A stretch of 64,000 nt of DNA from Chthoniobacterales bacterium (GCA_038207335.1 JBBQZX010000001.1:256001-320000), one strand, 5' to 3'. Positions 17,571 through 28,470 are shown, counted from the first letter of the stretch. A program made the numbers and translations. Notes: generated from the sequence alone by a model not told the origin.

Positions 17571-19987
17571 GAACGCTCGCTCTTTTCCTCGCCCTCGTCG
17601 CCACGGCATCCGCGAGCAATGGCGTCCAACTGAAGCAAGCGCGCCAAGCTCTCGCCGAGGGCATCCCGCAGGTTGCGATCCACAAACTCCAAGCGGTGCT
17701 CGTCGCCGGCGATCTCGAGGAAGAAGAGCGCGCGGAAGCAGTGCGAACTCTCGGCGAAGCGTTCCGCGCCGATGGGCGACACGGCGAAGCGCTCGTGGCG
17801 ATCCAGTCGCTTGTGAATGCGCGTGATCCCGCCGCGCTGCTGCTCCGCGCTGAGATTCTCGCGAGCGCGGAACGCTGGCAAGAGGCTCTGCCGATCTTTC
17901 ACGCGCTCGCCGAAGCGGACATCTCCGCGCGACTCGGCGAGGCCGAGAGCCTGCACGCGCTCGGGCGCGCAGTGGAGGCGATCGCGGCGCTGGAGGTCGT
18001 CGTGAATTCCCATCCCGAACTGACCGCCGCGCGGCTGCGACTCGCCGACTTATATATCGAATCCGCGCAGGCTAAAAAAGCGCGTGCGCTCCTCGCGACG
18101 GCGAGGCTCGGCGGCGGAAGCGATTCGCAATGGCGCGAGCTGATCGAGGGTCGCCTGCTGCTGCTGGAGGGAAATCCCGCGGCCGCACACAACGCCTTCG
18201 ATCAAGTGTTGAAGCGGGCGGAGCGGATTTCGGAGCCGATGATCGTCGCCGCGACTTTCGGTATCACGGATGCAGGAATCATTACCGAGGGCTACGACGC
18301 GGCAGATCGTTCGATCGAAAACTTCATCTGGCAGCATCCTGACAGCGGGTATCTGCCGCAGATGTTCCGTCGGCTCGACGACATGTATTCGCACGAGGAA
18401 GACCCGCGCGAAAACGAGCTGCAACGCTGGGCTCAAAAGCCGCAAACGCAGCGCGCTGCGCTGGCCCGCTACTATCTCGCCCGGCTCCAGCGGCAGGAGA
18501 AAAAGACCGAGAAAGAAAAGGCGACGCTCGATACTTTCATTCAGACATATCCCGGCCATCCACTCCTCCCGAAAGCCTACGAACGGCTCGCCGACTGGCA
18601 TCTTTTGAAATCCGATTTCGCGGGCGCGATCAGCGCGTTGGAGGCCGCGGAGCGCGTCGCCGGGAGCGATGCCATGCGCGCAGAAATCGAGCTGCGAAGC
18701 GGGCTCGTGCACTATCGCGCCGGGGAATTTCTGCTCGCCGCAAATCTCTTCGACTCCGTCGCAAAGCGCGCGCCGGAGCTGCGCGAGATCGCGCTTTTCA
18801 ACGCCGCGCTCGCCGCGCTGAATCAGAAAAACTTCGACGGCTTCCTCGAGCGCTACCGCGAGCTCACGGCGCAATTTCCCGCCAGTCCCCTCCGTAGCGA
18901 AATCATCCTGGAGCAAGGCCTGCTGCAGGCGCGCACCAGCGATGCGCGCGGACGCGAAACGCTCCTCCGTTTTGTCGAGCATTTCCCCGCGCACCCGCGC
19001 ATCGGCGAGGCTCGCATCGCGCTCGCCGAACTCGCGCTCGCCGCCGGCGACATGCAGGACGCCGCGCATTTCCAGCTCGCCGTCGGCGAGGCCAGCACCG
19101 CGCCGGAGCTGACCGACCAGTCGCAGGTTCTCGCGATTTTTCTCGCCGAGGCGCAGACCCCGCGCCGCGACGGAGACGTCGCCACTCTCGCGCAGAAATT
19201 CCTTCGCGAGCGCCCCGGCTCGCCGCTCGTCCCCGAGGTGCGCATGAAGCTCGGGCAGGTTTATTTTCGCGCCGCCGATTTCGCAAACGCCGAGACGCAA
19301 TTCACGATCCTGGCGACCGAGAATCCCGACGGTCCGTACGCTGAGACCGCGCTTTTTCTCGCCGGCGAATCCGCGATGAAAAGCATCAACACCGGCTCGG
19401 TCGATCGCGCGCTGGAGCTGTTCGATCGAGTGGCAAAACGCGACGGGCCGATGAAACTGTACGCGCGCCAGCAGCAGGCGATCGTGCAGAGCCGGCTTGG
19501 CAAAGAGGTCGAGGCGGTGGCGCTCTACGACATCATCCTCGCGGCGCAGCCGCCGCCGGACGCCGAGTTGCGCTTCGCCGCGTTAAGGGGAAAAGGGGAC
19601 AATTTTCTCGCGATCGGAAGCAAGCAGCCCAAGCAGCTCGAAGCCGCCGTCGCCGTGTTCGACCAGCTCGCGCGGCTCGACGGCGTCACGCCCGCATGGC
19701 GCAACGAAGCTCTCTACAAAAAGGGCAAGGCGCTCGAGCAGCTCGCGCGCATCCCCGCCGCGCTCACCGCCTACTACGACGTGCTCGCCACGACCGCCGC
19801 CGATGGCCGCGAATTCCTCTGGTATTACAAAGCCGGCTTTGACGCCGCGCGCATCTTCGAGGCGCAGGAGCAGTGGAAACCGGCGATCGGCATCTACGAA
19901 AAAATGGCAGTGCTGGAAGGCCCGCGCGCCTCCGAGGCCCGCGAGCAGACGAAGCGCCTCCGCCTCGCGCACTTCATCTGGGATTAG
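17567..19987 (+). CDS. Exported tetratricopeptide-repeat protein
   Basis: Signal peptide MRTLALFLALVATASA; repeated TPR-like helices ending in motifs such as YPGHP, FPASP and RPGSP. ATGA overlap with uvrA. Confidence 0.8.
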   Translation: MRTLALFLALVATASASNGVQLKQARQALAEGIPQVAIHKLQAVLVAGDLEEEERAEAVRTLGEAFRADGRHGEALVAIQSLVNARDPAALLLRAEILASAERWQEALPIFHALAEADISARLGEAESLHALGRAVEAIAALEVVVNSHPELTAARLRLADLYIESAQAKKARALLATARLGGGSDSQWRELIEGRLLLLEGNPAAAHNAFDQVLKRAERISEPMIVAATFGITDAGIITEGYDAADRSIENFIWQHPDSGYLPQMFRRLDDMYSHEEDPRENELQRWAQKPQTQRAALARYYLARLQRQEKKTEKEKATLDTFIQTYPGHPLLPKAYERLADWHLLKSDFAGAISALEAAERVAGSDAMRAEIELRSGLVHYRAGEFLLAANLFDSVAKRAPELREIALFNAALAALNQKNFDGFLERYRELTAQFPASPLRSEIILEQGLLQARTSDARGRETLLRFVEHFPAHPRIGEARIALAELALAAGDMQDAAHFQLAVGEASTAPELTDQSQVLAIFLAEAQTPRRDGDVATLAQKFLRERPGSPLVPEVRMKLGQVYFRAADFANAETQFTILATENPDGPYAETALFLAGESAMKSINTGSVDRALELFDRVAKRDGPMKLYARQQQAIVQSRLGKEVEAVALYDIILAAQPPPDAELRFAALRGKGDNFLAIGSKQPKQLEAAVAVFDQLARLDGVTPAWRNEALYKKGKALEQLARIPAALTAYYDVLATTAADGREFLWYYKAGFDAARIFEAQEQWKPAIGIYEKMAVLEGPRASEAREQTKRLRLAHFIWD

Positions 19988-20034
19988 TTGTAGCCGGGAT
20001 CGGTGATCCCGGCGGCGGGTTTCTTCGGGTCTAC
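19988..20034. repeat. REP-like element (GTAG family)
   Basis: ttGTAGccgggatcggtgatcccggc...gtctac directly after the TPR gene stop; hairpin gccgggatc-ggt-gatcccggc. Confidence 0.65.
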
Positions 20035-20139
20035 TAGCGCGCTCGTCCAGCGTGCTTTTTTCTGGGAAAAACACGCTCCTTTTCCCCTCGATACACGTTT
20101 TCACCAGCGCGAACATCGCCCCGGCGATAACGCCGCGTT

Positions 20140-20796
20140 ATGCCGCAAATCTTCACCCGTGCCTCGAATACCTTCGCGCGCGCAGGCATCGTGTTCGCTG
20201 TGCTGTGCCTCGGTGGCGTTGCTTGGGCGACCTACACGGTCTGGTGGTCGCCATACATGACCGGGGTCGATGCGCCTCGTGCGCAGCCCGTGCCTTTCAG
20301 CCACAAACACCACGCCGGTGAACTCGGGATTGACTGCCGATACTGCCACACCGGGGTGGAAAGCGGGCGCTTCGCAGGGCTGCCGCCGACCGAAACGTGC
20401 ATGACCTGCCATTCGCAAATCTGGACCGATGCGCCGCTGCTCGCGCCCGTCCGCGCGAGCTGGCGCGACGGAAAGGCGATCGAGTGGACGCGCGTGCATG
20501 ACCTCCCGGACTTCGTTTATTTTGACCACTCGATCCATGTGCGGAAAGGCGTCGGCTGCGCGGAATGCCACGGGCGCGTCGATGAAATGCCGCTCACCTG
20601 GCAGGCAAAGCCGCTCTACATGAAGTGGTGCCTCGAATGCCACCGCGCGCCCGAGCAGCACGTGCGGCCACCCGGCGAGGTCTTCAATATGAGCTGGGAG
20701 CGGCCCGCCGAGCAGCGCGCGCGCGGGCTCGCACTGGCCGGGGCCGCGCATCTTGACACGACGCACATGATGGATTGCTCCGCCTGCCACCGATGA
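20140..20796 (+). CDS. actA: Alternative complex III subunit A, pentaheme cytochrome c
   Basis: N-terminal TM helix; QPVPFSHKHH; five CxxCH motifs (CRYCH, CMTCH, CAECH, CLECH, CSACH). Confidence 0.93.
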   Translation: MPQIFTRASNTFARAGIVFAVLCLGGVAWATYTVWWSPYMTGVDAPRAQPVPFSHKHHAGELGIDCRYCHTGVESGRFAGLPPTETCMTCHSQIWTDAPLLAPVRASWRDGKAIEWTRVHDLPDFVYFDHSIHVRKGVGCAECHGRVDEMPLTWQAKPLYMKWCLECHRAPEQHVRPPGEVFNMSWERPAEQRARGLALAGAAHLDTTHMMDCSACHR

Positions 20797-23705
20797 AAGC
20801 GCGCCTCGATCACTGGCGAAGCTTGGAAGAATATGCGGACTCGCCGGAGTGCCGCGAATGGCTCGAGCGCGAGTTTGCGCCGATGGCTTCCGAATGGGAG
20901 GACGCGGTGAGTCGGCGGCGGTTTTTGAAGCTGATGGGCGCGTCGCTGGCACTGGCCGGGCTCGGCGCATGCACGCGTCAGCCTCTCGAAAAGATCGTCC
21001 CCTACGTGACTCAGCCCGTCGGCATGGTGCCGGGCGAGCCGCTGCATTTCGCGACTTCGCTGACGCTCGGCGGCTTCGCCCGCGGAGCGCTGATCGAGAG
21101 TCGCGAGGGGCGTCCGGTGAAGGTTGAGGGAAATCCCGCGCACCCGGCGAGCCTCGGCGGCACGGATGTTTTCATGCAGGCTGCGACGCTGGATTTATAC
21201 GATCCGGGCCGCGCCAAAACGGTGACGCACGCGGGCGCGATCGTGACGTGGAACGACTTCCGCACCGCGCTGGCGGGCGAACTCGCGCGGCTCGCGAATC
21301 AAGGCGGGGCGGGAATTCGCGTGCTGACTGGCAATGTGACTTCACCGACGCTCGGCGCGCAAATGCGCGCGCTGCTGGCGAAATATCCCGGCGCGAAATG
21401 GCACGTCTGGGAACCGCTCAATCGCGACGCAGCGCGGGCCGGTGCGGAGCTGGCATTTGGCGTTCCGCTGGATGTCGTGTGCGATTTTGAAAAGGCGGAC
21501 CTGGTCGTGTCACTGGACGCCGATTTCCTCGGCACGGGCCCGGCGCAGCCGAGATACGTGCGCGACTTCGCAAAGCGCCGACGCGTGGCTGAAGGCGTCG
21601 AAAATCTGAACCGACTTTACGTCGCCGAGCCCACCCCCTCCATCACTGGCGCGCGCGCCGACCACCGCATCCCCACCGCACCCGGCGTCCTCTCGCAAAT
21701 CGCTGAGGCTCTCGGCACCGAACTCGGCGTGATCTCGAAACAGCTCGACGCCGCCTACGACTCGGCCTTTGTCACAGCCGCCGCTGCCGACCTGCTCGCG
21801 CATCGCGGACGCTCGCTTGTGCTCGCCGGCGAGAGCCAGCCCGCGCACATCCACGCGTTCGCGCACCAAATGAATGCCGCGCTCGGGAACGTCGGCGAGA
21901 CAGTACGGCTCATCGCGCCCGTCGATGAAAATCCCGTGAATCGGACCGCATCCCTGCGCGAACTCGTCGGGGATTTGGAGTCGGGAAAAGTCGAACTGCT
22001 GGTGGTGCTCGGCGGCAACCCGGCGTTCGACGCGCCCGCGGATTTCGCATTCGCCGAAAAGATGCTGCGTGCAAAAACCTGCGTCTTTCTCGGCACGCAC
22101 CCAAACGAAACGGCGGCAGCCTGCGACTGGCAAATCCCCGCCGCGCACGAGCTGGAATCGTGGAGCGATGCGCGGGCCTTCGACGGCACCGCGGGCATCG
22201 TGCAGCCGCTGATCGAGCCGCTTTATACCGGAGCCGTGACCCCGCACGAGTTCATCGCGGCGATGCTCGGCGAGGCCGTGCCGTCGAGCTACGAGATCGT
22301 GCGGGACTTCTGGCGCGAGCAGAAAGTGTGGGAAGACTTCGAAGCCGGCTGGGAGAAAGCCGTACGCGGGGGAGCTATCGCGGACACAGCTTTTGCGTCG
22401 AAGCCAGCCGAGGCGCGCACCATTACCCCCGAGACGAAGGCAACGCCCAAAGGACTCACTCTCCTCTTCCGCGCCGATCCAACGATCCACGACGGCACAT
22501 TTTCCGGCAGCACTTGGCTTCAAGAACTGCCCAAGCCGCTCACGAAACTCGTCTGGGACAATGCCGTCCTCATCAGCCCGCGCACCGCAGCGCGGCTCGG
22601 CTTGACGACCAACGACCTCGTGGAACTCACGAACGCCGCGCGGCAGGTCGTTGCCGCGATCTTCCTCATCCCCGGCCAAGCTGACGACACACTCACGCTA
22701 CACCTCGGCTACGGTCGCCGCATCGGGAATGCCACGGCGACCGGCCACGGCTTCGACGCCTACCCACTTCGGATGTCCACCGCAATGGACAGCACCGAGG
22801 TCACGCTGCGAAAGACCGGCGAGACATATCCGCTAATCACTACCCAGCAGCACTTTGGCCTGGAAGGTCGCAACCTTCTCCGAGTTGCCACACTCTCCGA
22901 GCTGCGTGACAAGCCGACTGTCATTCAGGACATGGGAAAGATTCCCGCCCCCGACGAAACGCTCTACAACCCGCACGAGTTCCCCTCAAAGCACTACGCT
23001 TGGGCGCTGACGATCGACCTCAGCACCTGTGTCGGCTGCAACGCGTGCGTCGTCGCCTGCCAGTCCGAGAATAACATCCCGGTCGTCGGCAAAGAGGAGG
23101 TCCAGCGCGGACGCGAGATGCACTGGATTCGCGTCGATACCTACTTCGCCGGAGTGCCGGAAAATCCCGGGACTCACTTTCAACCGGTGCCCTGCATGCA
23201 CTGCGAAAACGCTCCGTGCGAAGTCGTCTGTCCCGTCGCGGCGACCTTGCACGATTCCGACGGCCTCAACGTGCAAGTCTATAACCGCTGCGTCGGCACG
23301 CGCTACTGCTCGAACAACTGCCCCTACAAAGTCCGGCGCTTCAACTTCCTCGAATACAACGGAGGCATCTCGCCCGTCGAGAAGCTCGGCAAGAATCCGG
23401 AAGTCTCCGTCCGAAGCCGCGGCGTCATGGAGAAATGCTCCTACTGCATCCAGCGCATTGAGTCCGCCCGCACCACCGCGGCCATCGAGGAGCGCCGCGT
23501 CCGCGACGGCGAAATCACACCCGCCTGCGCCCAAGCCTGTCCGGCCGAGGCGATTACATTCGGCGACCTCAACGATTCGACGAGCCGCGTTGTAAAGCTC
23601 AAGGCAACGAAGTTGAACTACGGAATGCTCGCCGAGCTAAACACCCGCCCCCGCACCACCTACCTCGGGCGCATCACGAATCCGCAACCGGAGGCGCGCG
23701 CATGA
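20793..23705 (+). CDS. actB: Alternative complex III subunit B (molybdopterin oxidoreductase-like domain + 4Fe-4S domain)
   Basis: HWRSLEE, Tat-like SRRRFLK, EGRPVKVEGNP, WLQELPKP, CVGCNACVVAC, CMHCENAPC, RCVGTRYC and RGVMEKC. ATGA overlap with actA. Confidence 0.95.
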   Translation: MKARLDHWRSLEEYADSPECREWLEREFAPMASEWEDAVSRRRFLKLMGASLALAGLGACTRQPLEKIVPYVTQPVGMVPGEPLHFATSLTLGGFARGALIESREGRPVKVEGNPAHPASLGGTDVFMQAATLDLYDPGRAKTVTHAGAIVTWNDFRTALAGELARLANQGGAGIRVLTGNVTSPTLGAQMRALLAKYPGAKWHVWEPLNRDAARAGAELAFGVPLDVVCDFEKADLVVSLDADFLGTGPAQPRYVRDFAKRRRVAEGVENLNRLYVAEPTPSITGARADHRIPTAPGVLSQIAEALGTELGVISKQLDAAYDSAFVTAAAADLLAHRGRSLVLAGESQPAHIHAFAHQMNAALGNVGETVRLIAPVDENPVNRTASLRELVGDLESGKVELLVVLGGNPAFDAPADFAFAEKMLRAKTCVFLGTHPNETAAACDWQIPAAHELESWSDARAFDGTAGIVQPLIEPLYTGAVTPHEFIAAMLGEAVPSSYEIVRDFWREQKVWEDFEAGWEKAVRGGAIADTAFASKPAEARTITPETKATPKGLTLLFRADPTIHDGTFSGSTWLQELPKPLTKLVWDNAVLISPRTAARLGLTTNDLVELTNAARQVVAAIFLIPGQADDTLTLHLGYGRRIGNATATGHGFDAYPLRMSTAMDSTEVTLRKTGETYPLITTQQHFGLEGRNLLRVATLSELRDKPTVIQDMGKIPAPDETLYNPHEFPSKHYAWALTIDLSTCVGCNACVVACQSENNIPVVGKEEVQRGREMHWIRVDTYFAGVPENPGTHFQPVPCMHCENAPCEVVCPVAATLHDSDGLNVQVYNRCVGTRYCSNNCPYKVRRFNFLEYNGGISPVEKLGKNPEVSVRSRGVMEKCSYCIQRIESARTTAAIEERRVRDGEITPACAQACPAEAITFGDLNDSTSRVVKLKATKLNYGMLAELNTRPRTTYLGRITNPQPEARA

Positions 23706-25030
23706 CCCAGAAGCGCAAGCCCGAGACCTACGAGGCGATCACCGCAAAGGTTAGCGACATCGTCCTTCAGCAGAAGCAGCCGCGCGGTTGGATACTGGGC
23801 TTCGCCGTCGCCTTCCTTCTGGTTATGGTGCTGATCTTCTCGATCGCATACCTATTCCTCCGCGGCGTCGGAATCTGGGGTATTAATGTACCCGTCGCAT
23901 GGGGCTTTGCGATCGTGAACTTCGTCTGGTGGATCGGCATCGGCCACGCTGGCACACTCATCTCCGCCTTCCTTCTACTCATGCACCAGGAGTGGCGTAC
24001 ATCCATCAACCGCTTTGCCGAGGCGATGACCCTTTTCGCCGTCGCCTGCGCCGGCCTTTTCCCGCTCCTGCATCTCGGCCGCCCGTGGCTCTTCTACTGG
24101 CTCTTCCCTTACCCAGATACAATGGGAGTGTGGCCGCAATTCCGCAGCCCGCTGGTATGGGATGTCTTCGCCGTCTCGACCTACTTCATCATCTCGCTCG
24201 CTTTCTGGTATGCCGGCCTCATCCCCGACCTCGCCACACTGCGCGACCGCACAAAGAATCGCTGGCAGCAAGTCGTTTTCGGCATCGGCGCGCTAGGCTG
24301 GCGCGGCTCCGCGAGCCATTGGGCGCGGCATCAAAAGGCCTACATGCTACTCGCCGGCTTAGCCACGCCATTGGTCGTCAGCGTTCACAGCGTCGTCTCG
24401 TTGGACTTCGCAGTCGGCATCGTCCCAGGCTGGCATTCCACCATCTTCCCGCCTTACTTCGTCGCCGGCGCGATCTACTCCGGATTTGCGATGGTCCTCA
24501 CTTTACTCATCCCCCTGCGACGCCTCTACGGCTTGGAGAGGATGATCACCTTCACCCACATCAATAACTCCGCGAAGATCATGCTCGCGACCGGCTGGAT
24601 CGTGGCCTACGGCTACATCATCGAGGCGTTCATGTCATGGTTTAGCGGCAACCGTTACGACGCCTTCATGATGGCCAACCGCGCGACCGGCCTCTACGCG
24701 ACGACCTTCTGGATGCTCATCACTTGTAATCTTATCTTGCCGCAAGCCCTCTGGTCGTCGCGCGTACGCGCAAACATGCCGCTCCTGTGGGTCATTGCCA
24801 TCATCGTGAATATCGGCATGTGGCTTGAGCGCTACGTCATCGTCGTTACCAGCCTGAGCCGCGACTTCACGCCATCGGCATGGGGAATGTACGGCGGCAC
24901 AAAATGGGACTACGCGACATTCTGGGGCACCGTCGGCCTCTTCGCCGCGCTCCTCTTCCTCTTCATGCGCCTGCTCCCGGCCATCTCCATGTCCGAGATG
25001 CGCGCCGACTTGGAAAAGGAGAAGCGCTAA
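23702..25030 (+). CDS. actC: Alternative complex III subunit C (NrfD/PsrC-like quinol-binding subunit)
   Basis: NFVWWIGIGHAGTLISA, HLGRPW, FRSPLVWD and WHSTIFPPYFVAGA. Confidence 0.95.
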   Translation: MTQKRKPETYEAITAKVSDIVLQQKQPRGWILGFAVAFLLVMVLIFSIAYLFLRGVGIWGINVPVAWGFAIVNFVWWIGIGHAGTLISAFLLLMHQEWRTSINRFAEAMTLFAVACAGLFPLLHLGRPWLFYWLFPYPDTMGVWPQFRSPLVWDVFAVSTYFIISLAFWYAGLIPDLATLRDRTKNRWQQVVFGIGALGWRGSASHWARHQKAYMLLAGLATPLVVSVHSVVSLDFAVGIVPGWHSTIFPPYFVAGAIYSGFAMVLTLLIPLRRLYGLERMITFTHINNSAKIMLATGWIVAYGYIIEAFMSWFSGNRYDAFMMANRATGLYATTFWMLITCNLILPQALWSSRVRANMPLLWVIAIIVNIGMWLERYVIVVTSLSRDFTPSAWGMYGGTKWDYATFWGTVGLFAALLFLFMRLLPAISMSEMRADLEKEKR

Positions 25031-25570
25031 GTGGACACTCCCGTCTCAGTGCATGGGATCGTGGGTGAATTCGACACCGCCGACGCTCTCCTTGCAGCTT
25101 CCCGCGAAGCCTATCGCCTGGGTTATCGAAAGATGGACGCCTACTCACCATTCGCCATCGAGGGACTCGCGAAAGCGATTGGCTTCCGCAAAAATCGCGT
25201 GGCCCTCCTCTGCCTCATCGGCGGCCTCACCGGCGGCATCGGCGGCTACTTCATGCAATGGTATGCCATGGCCGTGGACTACCCGCTGAACGTCGGCGGA
25301 CGCCCTCTCAACAGTCTGCCGATGTTCATCCCTATCACATTCGAGGTGACCATCCTCGGCGCCGGGCTTGCCGCCGTCTTTGGGATGCTCGCTCTCAATG
25401 GCCTCCCGCGTCCGCACCATCCCATCTTCGCCGCGAAGAACTTCGACCGCGCCACGACCGACAAGTTCTTCCTCTGCATCGAAGCCACCGACCCGCTCTT
25501 CGATCACAAAACAGTCATCGGCTTCCTACAAAGTCAGAACGCCCACCAAGTCTCGGAGGTGCGTCCATGA
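25031..25570 (+). CDS. actD: Alternative complex III subunit D (DUF3341)
   Basis: DAYSPF, YPLNVGGRP, FIPITFE and NGLPRPHHP; position in the operon. Confidence 0.92.
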   Translation: MDTPVSVHGIVGEFDTADALLAASREAYRLGYRKMDAYSPFAIEGLAKAIGFRKNRVALLCLIGGLTGGIGGYFMQWYAMAVDYPLNVGGRPLNSLPMFIPITFEVTILGAGLAAVFGMLALNGLPRPHHPIFAAKNFDRATTDKFFLCIEATDPLFDHKTVIGFLQSQNAHQVSEVRP

Positions 25571-26130
25571 GACTCACTTCCGTCCTTCTGCTCCTACTCC
25601 TCACAGGCTGCCGCCAAGGCATGTACGACCAGCCAAAAGCAAAGCCTCTCTCCCACAGCGAGTTCTTCTCCGACGGCCAATCCTCCCGTCCGCTCCAGCC
25701 TCACACGATCGCCGTCGAGGCCAATCCGCCCATCCCCGAGTTCACAGCCACGCATCCGGACGGCACACTCGTTACCACCCTGCCCATCTCGCTCGATAAA
25801 GCACTCCTCGAACGCGGTCGCGAACGCTACGACATCTACTGTTCTGTCTGCCACGACCGCACCGGCTCGGGCCGCGGAATCATCGTCCAGCGCGGCTTTC
25901 CGCAGCCACCGTCGCTCCGCGTCGAGCGCCTCCGCGCTGCTCCCATTGGCCATTTCTACGACGTCATCACGAATGGCTACGGCGTCATGTTTTCTTACGC
26001 CTCACGCATCGAGCCGCATGACCGCTGGGCCATTGCTGCCTACATCCGCGCCTTGCAGTTCGCCGTCACCGCCGCGCCCGCCGATCTGACTCCCACCGAG
26101 CAGCGTACACTGAGTCTCGCGACACCATGA
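25567..26130 (+). CDS. actE: Alternative complex III subunit E, lipoprotein monoheme cytochrome c
   Basis: Lipobox LTGC followed by RQGMYDQPK; CSVCH; DRWAIAAYIRALQ. Start set at ATG 25567 inside the longer ORF. Confidence 0.92.
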   Translation: MRLTSVLLLLLLTGCRQGMYDQPKAKPLSHSEFFSDGQSSRPLQPHTIAVEANPPIPEFTATHPDGTLVTTLPISLDKALLERGRERYDIYCSVCHDRTGSGRGIIVQRGFPQPPSLRVERLRAAPIGHFYDVITNGYGVMFSYASRIEPHDRWAIAAYIRALQFAVTAAPADLTPTEQRTLSLATP

Positions 26131-27278
26131 AGCGTTTCCGCACAATCGCTCTCGGCATCGGCGCGCTGGCCACGATCGTCTGCATTCTCGGCGCCGTGCT
26201 CGGCGCCGGCACCTTCATCCGCTCCTATCTCGTCGCCTATCTTTTCTGGCTCGGCCTCACGCTCGGCGGCTTCGGCCTCATCATGCTTCACCACCTCGTC
26301 GGCGGCTGCTGGGGTTACGCCACGCGGCGCTTCTACGAGGCGGGTCTTACCACGCTTCCGCTCGTGGCGCTTCTAGCCATTCCACTTTGCTTTGGAGTCC
26401 ACGAAATCTACGGCTGGGCCATGCCGTCGCAGGTCGCCGTCGAGCCCGTACTGCAGCATCGCCACGCCTACTTGAATCTCCCGTTCTTCATCGTCAGGAT
26501 GATCGTCTATTTCACCGCATGGATATGGCTCGCGCGCGTCCTTCTGAACTACTCGCGCGCTCAAGACATCACCAGCGATCTCACGCCCACGCGCCGCCTC
26601 CGGATGCTCAGCGGCCCCGGTCTCATCCTTTACGTTCTGAGCGCCACTTTCGCCTACGTCGACTTCATCCTCGCACTGGAGCCCGACTGGTATTCCACAG
26701 TCTATCTCATCCTCATCATTGTGGGCCACACTCTCGCCGTGCTGTCGCTCGGCATCATCCTTCTGCGTGTCTTTTCAAAAGCCGAGTCCTTCGCCTTGAT
26801 GCTGACACCCAAGCACTTCCACGATCTCGGCAATCTGCTTCTCGCCTTCGTGATGCTCTGGGCCTACATTGCGTTCTCGCAAATACTCATCATCTGGAGC
26901 GGCAATCTTCCCGATGAAATCTCATGGTATCTCCACAGGAGTAGTCCCGGCTGGAAAGCAGTCGCGCTGATCCTCGGACTCTTCCACTTTGCCATCCCGC
27001 TGGCCCTGCTTCTTTCACGAGGATTGAAATTTCAAATCTCGCTGCTTTGCGCAGTCGCCGCGCTCGTTCTGGTGACACACGCGGTCGATGTCTATTGGCT
27101 TGTGGTCCCTTCGTTTCAAGCACACGGACTATCCCACTCCGTTCCTCTCGAGTTCACAGCCTTCCTAGCCATCGGCGGCTTTTGGTCAGCCACCTTCATC
27201 ACGAATCTTCTGCGACACTCGCTCGTGCCCAGGAACGCCGAAATCGAAACACGATTGGAAGGAGCGCGCGCGACATGA
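26127..27278 (+). CDS. actF: Alternative complex III subunit F
   Basis: Polytopic membrane protein; EPDWYST, HDLGNLLLAF and IIWSGNLPDE. Confidence 0.92.
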   Translation: MKRFRTIALGIGALATIVCILGAVLGAGTFIRSYLVAYLFWLGLTLGGFGLIMLHHLVGGCWGYATRRFYEAGLTTLPLVALLAIPLCFGVHEIYGWAMPSQVAVEPVLQHRHAYLNLPFFIVRMIVYFTAWIWLARVLLNYSRAQDITSDLTPTRRLRMLSGPGLILYVLSATFAYVDFILALEPDWYSTVYLILIIVGHTLAVLSLGIILLRVFSKAESFALMLTPKHFHDLGNLLLAFVMLWAYIAFSQILIIWSGNLPDEISWYLHRSSPGWKAVALILGLFHFAIPLALLLSRGLKFQISLLCAVAALVLVTHAVDVYWLVVPSFQAHGLSHSVPLEFTAFLAIGGFWSATFITNLLRHSLVPRNAEIETRLEGARAT

Positions 27279-27682
27279 GCGGCAACTCGAAATGGGAGCG
27301 CCGCGACGTGGACACAACTCTGCTCTACGGGATCATGGCGCTTTTTATCATTTGCGGAGTTCTCGCATTCATGGCCTGCAAAGGGACGATGGTGATCCTC
27401 AACAAACACTCCGGGCCGCTAGCCACCGCACCGACTCAAAGCGCCTTTCCCGAGCCTGCGCTTCAAGTCGCGCCCGGCCTTGCGCTGGAGGCATTGCGGA
27501 AATCCGAGGCGATAGAACTCAATTCCGCCGCGTGGATCGACCGTGAGCGCGGCGTCGTCCGCATCCCGATCGATCGAGCGATCGAGTTGCTCTCAAAGCG
27601 CGGATTGCCCGAGACCACCGAGCGCCTCACGCCGCTGCAACTCCAGCAACAAAGACCCGAAGAAAGGAAGGGAATGCCGTGA
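27275..27682 (+). CDS. actG: Putative alternative complex III subunit G
   Basis: WERRDV, single TM helix, FPEPALQ and WIDRERGVVRIPIDRAIELL; lies between actF and SCO; ATGA overlap. Confidence 0.75.
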   Translation: MSGNSKWERRDVDTTLLYGIMALFIICGVLAFMACKGTMVILNKHSGPLATAPTQSAFPEPALQVAPGLALEALRKSEAIELNSAAWIDRERGVVRIPIDRAIELLSKRGLPETTERLTPLQLQQQRPEERKGMP

Positions 27683-28470
27683 GAATTTTTCTGGCCATCC
27701 TGGCTCTGATGTTGGTGCTTTCGCCCGCTCGTGCTGCTTCCGATGCGGCGTTGCGCGAGGTGCGGTTCGATCAGAATCTAAATCGACGCATCTCTCTCGA
27801 CGCACCTTTCCTCGATGAGTCGGGCCGCTCGGTAACTCTTGCCAACTACTGCAACGGACAGAAACCCGTGCTCCTCGTCATGGGTTACTACGGTTGCCCA
27901 ATGCTTTGCACGCTCGTCGCAAACGGCTTGGTCGAGAGCCTGCATGACCTGCGCTCCGACATCGGCAAGGACTTCACCGTCCTCCACATCTCCATCGATT
28001 CCCACGAAGGCCCACGCGAGGCAGCGACAAAGAAGGCGACCTACCTGAAACGCTACGGACGTCTCGGCGCCGCAGACGGCTGGCATTTTCTCACGGGTAA
28101 CATCGCTTCAATCGAGCGCGTCGCCTCCGACGTCGGATTTCACTACCTCTACGACACGGAAACCAAGCAATACGCGCATCCCAGCGGCTTTGTCGTTCTG
28201 ACGCCCGAAGGCCGAATCGCGCGCTATTTCTTCGGGGTGAATTTCTCACCGCACGAAATGCACGCGGCATTGGTCGATGCCGGGCGCAACCGGATCGGCG
28301 CCGCCGTGGAGCAGGTGTTCCTGCTTTGCTTTCACTACAATCCAATTACCGGCAAATACAGCTTTGCGATTCTTTCGCTCCTGCGCATCTGCGGCGTCGC
28401 CACCGTTCTCGCGATCGGTTGCTTCATCGTCGTCAGCGCGCGCCGCCGCCTTTCGAGCCAACAGCAATGA
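27679..28470 (+). CDS. SCO1/SenC family copper chaperone
   Basis: CPMLC (CxxxC), conserved His in YAHPSG and a C-terminal TM helix. Confidence 0.9.
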   Translation: MRIFLAILALMLVLSPARAASDAALREVRFDQNLNRRISLDAPFLDESGRSVTLANYCNGQKPVLLVMGYYGCPMLCTLVANGLVESLHDLRSDIGKDFTVLHISIDSHEGPREAATKKATYLKRYGRLGAADGWHFLTGNIASIERVASDVGFHYLYDTETKQYAHPSGFVVLTPEGRIARYFFGVNFSPHEMHAALVDAGRNRIGAAVEQVFLLCFHYNPITGKYSFAILSLLRICGVATVLAIGCFIVVSARRRLSSQQQ

